Positions 63,451-64,000 of a stretch of DNA of 64,000 bases are shown here, one piece after another (position 1 is the stretch's first letter; the number at the start of each line of letters is the position of its first letter). The position numbers were made by a program, and so were the translations under genes. Under the pieces are notes generated by a model. The model did no database searches and had not been told where the DNA came from. It worked only from the letters and a program-made list of their open reading frames with translations. The stretch spans positions 1,240,001 to 1,304,000 of the forward strand of contig NC_045716.1 of the NCBI RefSeq assembly GCF_009834535.1, read 5' to 3'. This DNA is from Camelus ferus. Taxonomy: Eukaryota.

Positions 63451-64000
63451 CTGGGGAAGAGAAGGGGCTGGTGAGGGCGGAGCTGGAGAAGTGAACAGAT
63501 CTAAATTCACGGGATTAATTGGTTTTCCTTCAGAGGAAGGCTCTGATGATTCAGAGTAAAGATGGGCACTGTGTTGTTCTGCGACAACTGTCAGAGGGCG
63601 CTGGCTTAAGGACCAGACCTCGCACATTCACACGTGTGCTTCCTCCCCTCGGCCCCCCACTGACATCTGGGCTGGTGCTGGTTCGCCTCAAAAAAGCACG
63701 GATCTGCCTGCTTCAAAAGCTGACTCCCTTCTGTTCCCTGATCATTCTCATCCCACGGCCAGACCAGGATAGGAATCCTTCCGCCCCTACCACCTGCCTC
63801 CTGTTACATGGTATGTGTGCGCACGGGTGCAACCTACCTATCCTCTAAGGGAGATGGAAGAAGAGGCTTTTGTAAACTATCTAATATTCAGTAAATAGAC
63901 ACAGGCAGCTCTATTACCGATCAAAACATAGAAATGTAATTTTTAATTGCCAAAACATCCTAAATTAAAAATGCTCCAGGTTGAGACATCTATATGCCAG

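Noticed and set aside
1-64000. CRISPR arrays, operons, intact tRNA/rRNA genes or a new multi-gene system
   Set aside because: Eukaryotic intron-rich DNA. No repeat-spacer arrays; tRNA-like sequence occurs only as SINE heads and 5S only as a 40-nt fragment.

Overview
Mammalian genomic DNA, probably camelid (inferred from a tRNA-derived SINE resembling camelid Vic-1). It holds the 3' parts of two convergent genes. COLGALT2 (procollagen galactosyltransferase 2) is on + with 8 coding exons from 1884 to 36731, all GT-AG, ending in KDEL-stop. RGL1 (RalGDS-like 1) is on - with its last 5 coding exons from 63450 to 47956. Their candidate poly(A) signals (38852, 45777) are about 7 kb apart. Introns are dense in transposable elements (L1, L2, MIR, MLT1, ERV LTRs, MER DNA transposons), and five N-gaps fall inside L1 copies. 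I found no new gene system; the long non-genic ORFs are chance GC-rich frames or repeat-derived. The most interesting items are retrotransposition structures: a SINE-LTR-SINE-tail composite inside one 11-bp duplication, a tailless 5S rRNA retrocopy with a 14-bp TSD, a compact two-LTR ERV-L-like provirus, and an L1 inserted in an older L1 at a paralogous position. Also notable are a triple AGGTCA DR5 array and a strongly GC-shifted L1 remnant. Repeat family names, human exon numbers and orthologue comparisons come from memory, not from a database search.
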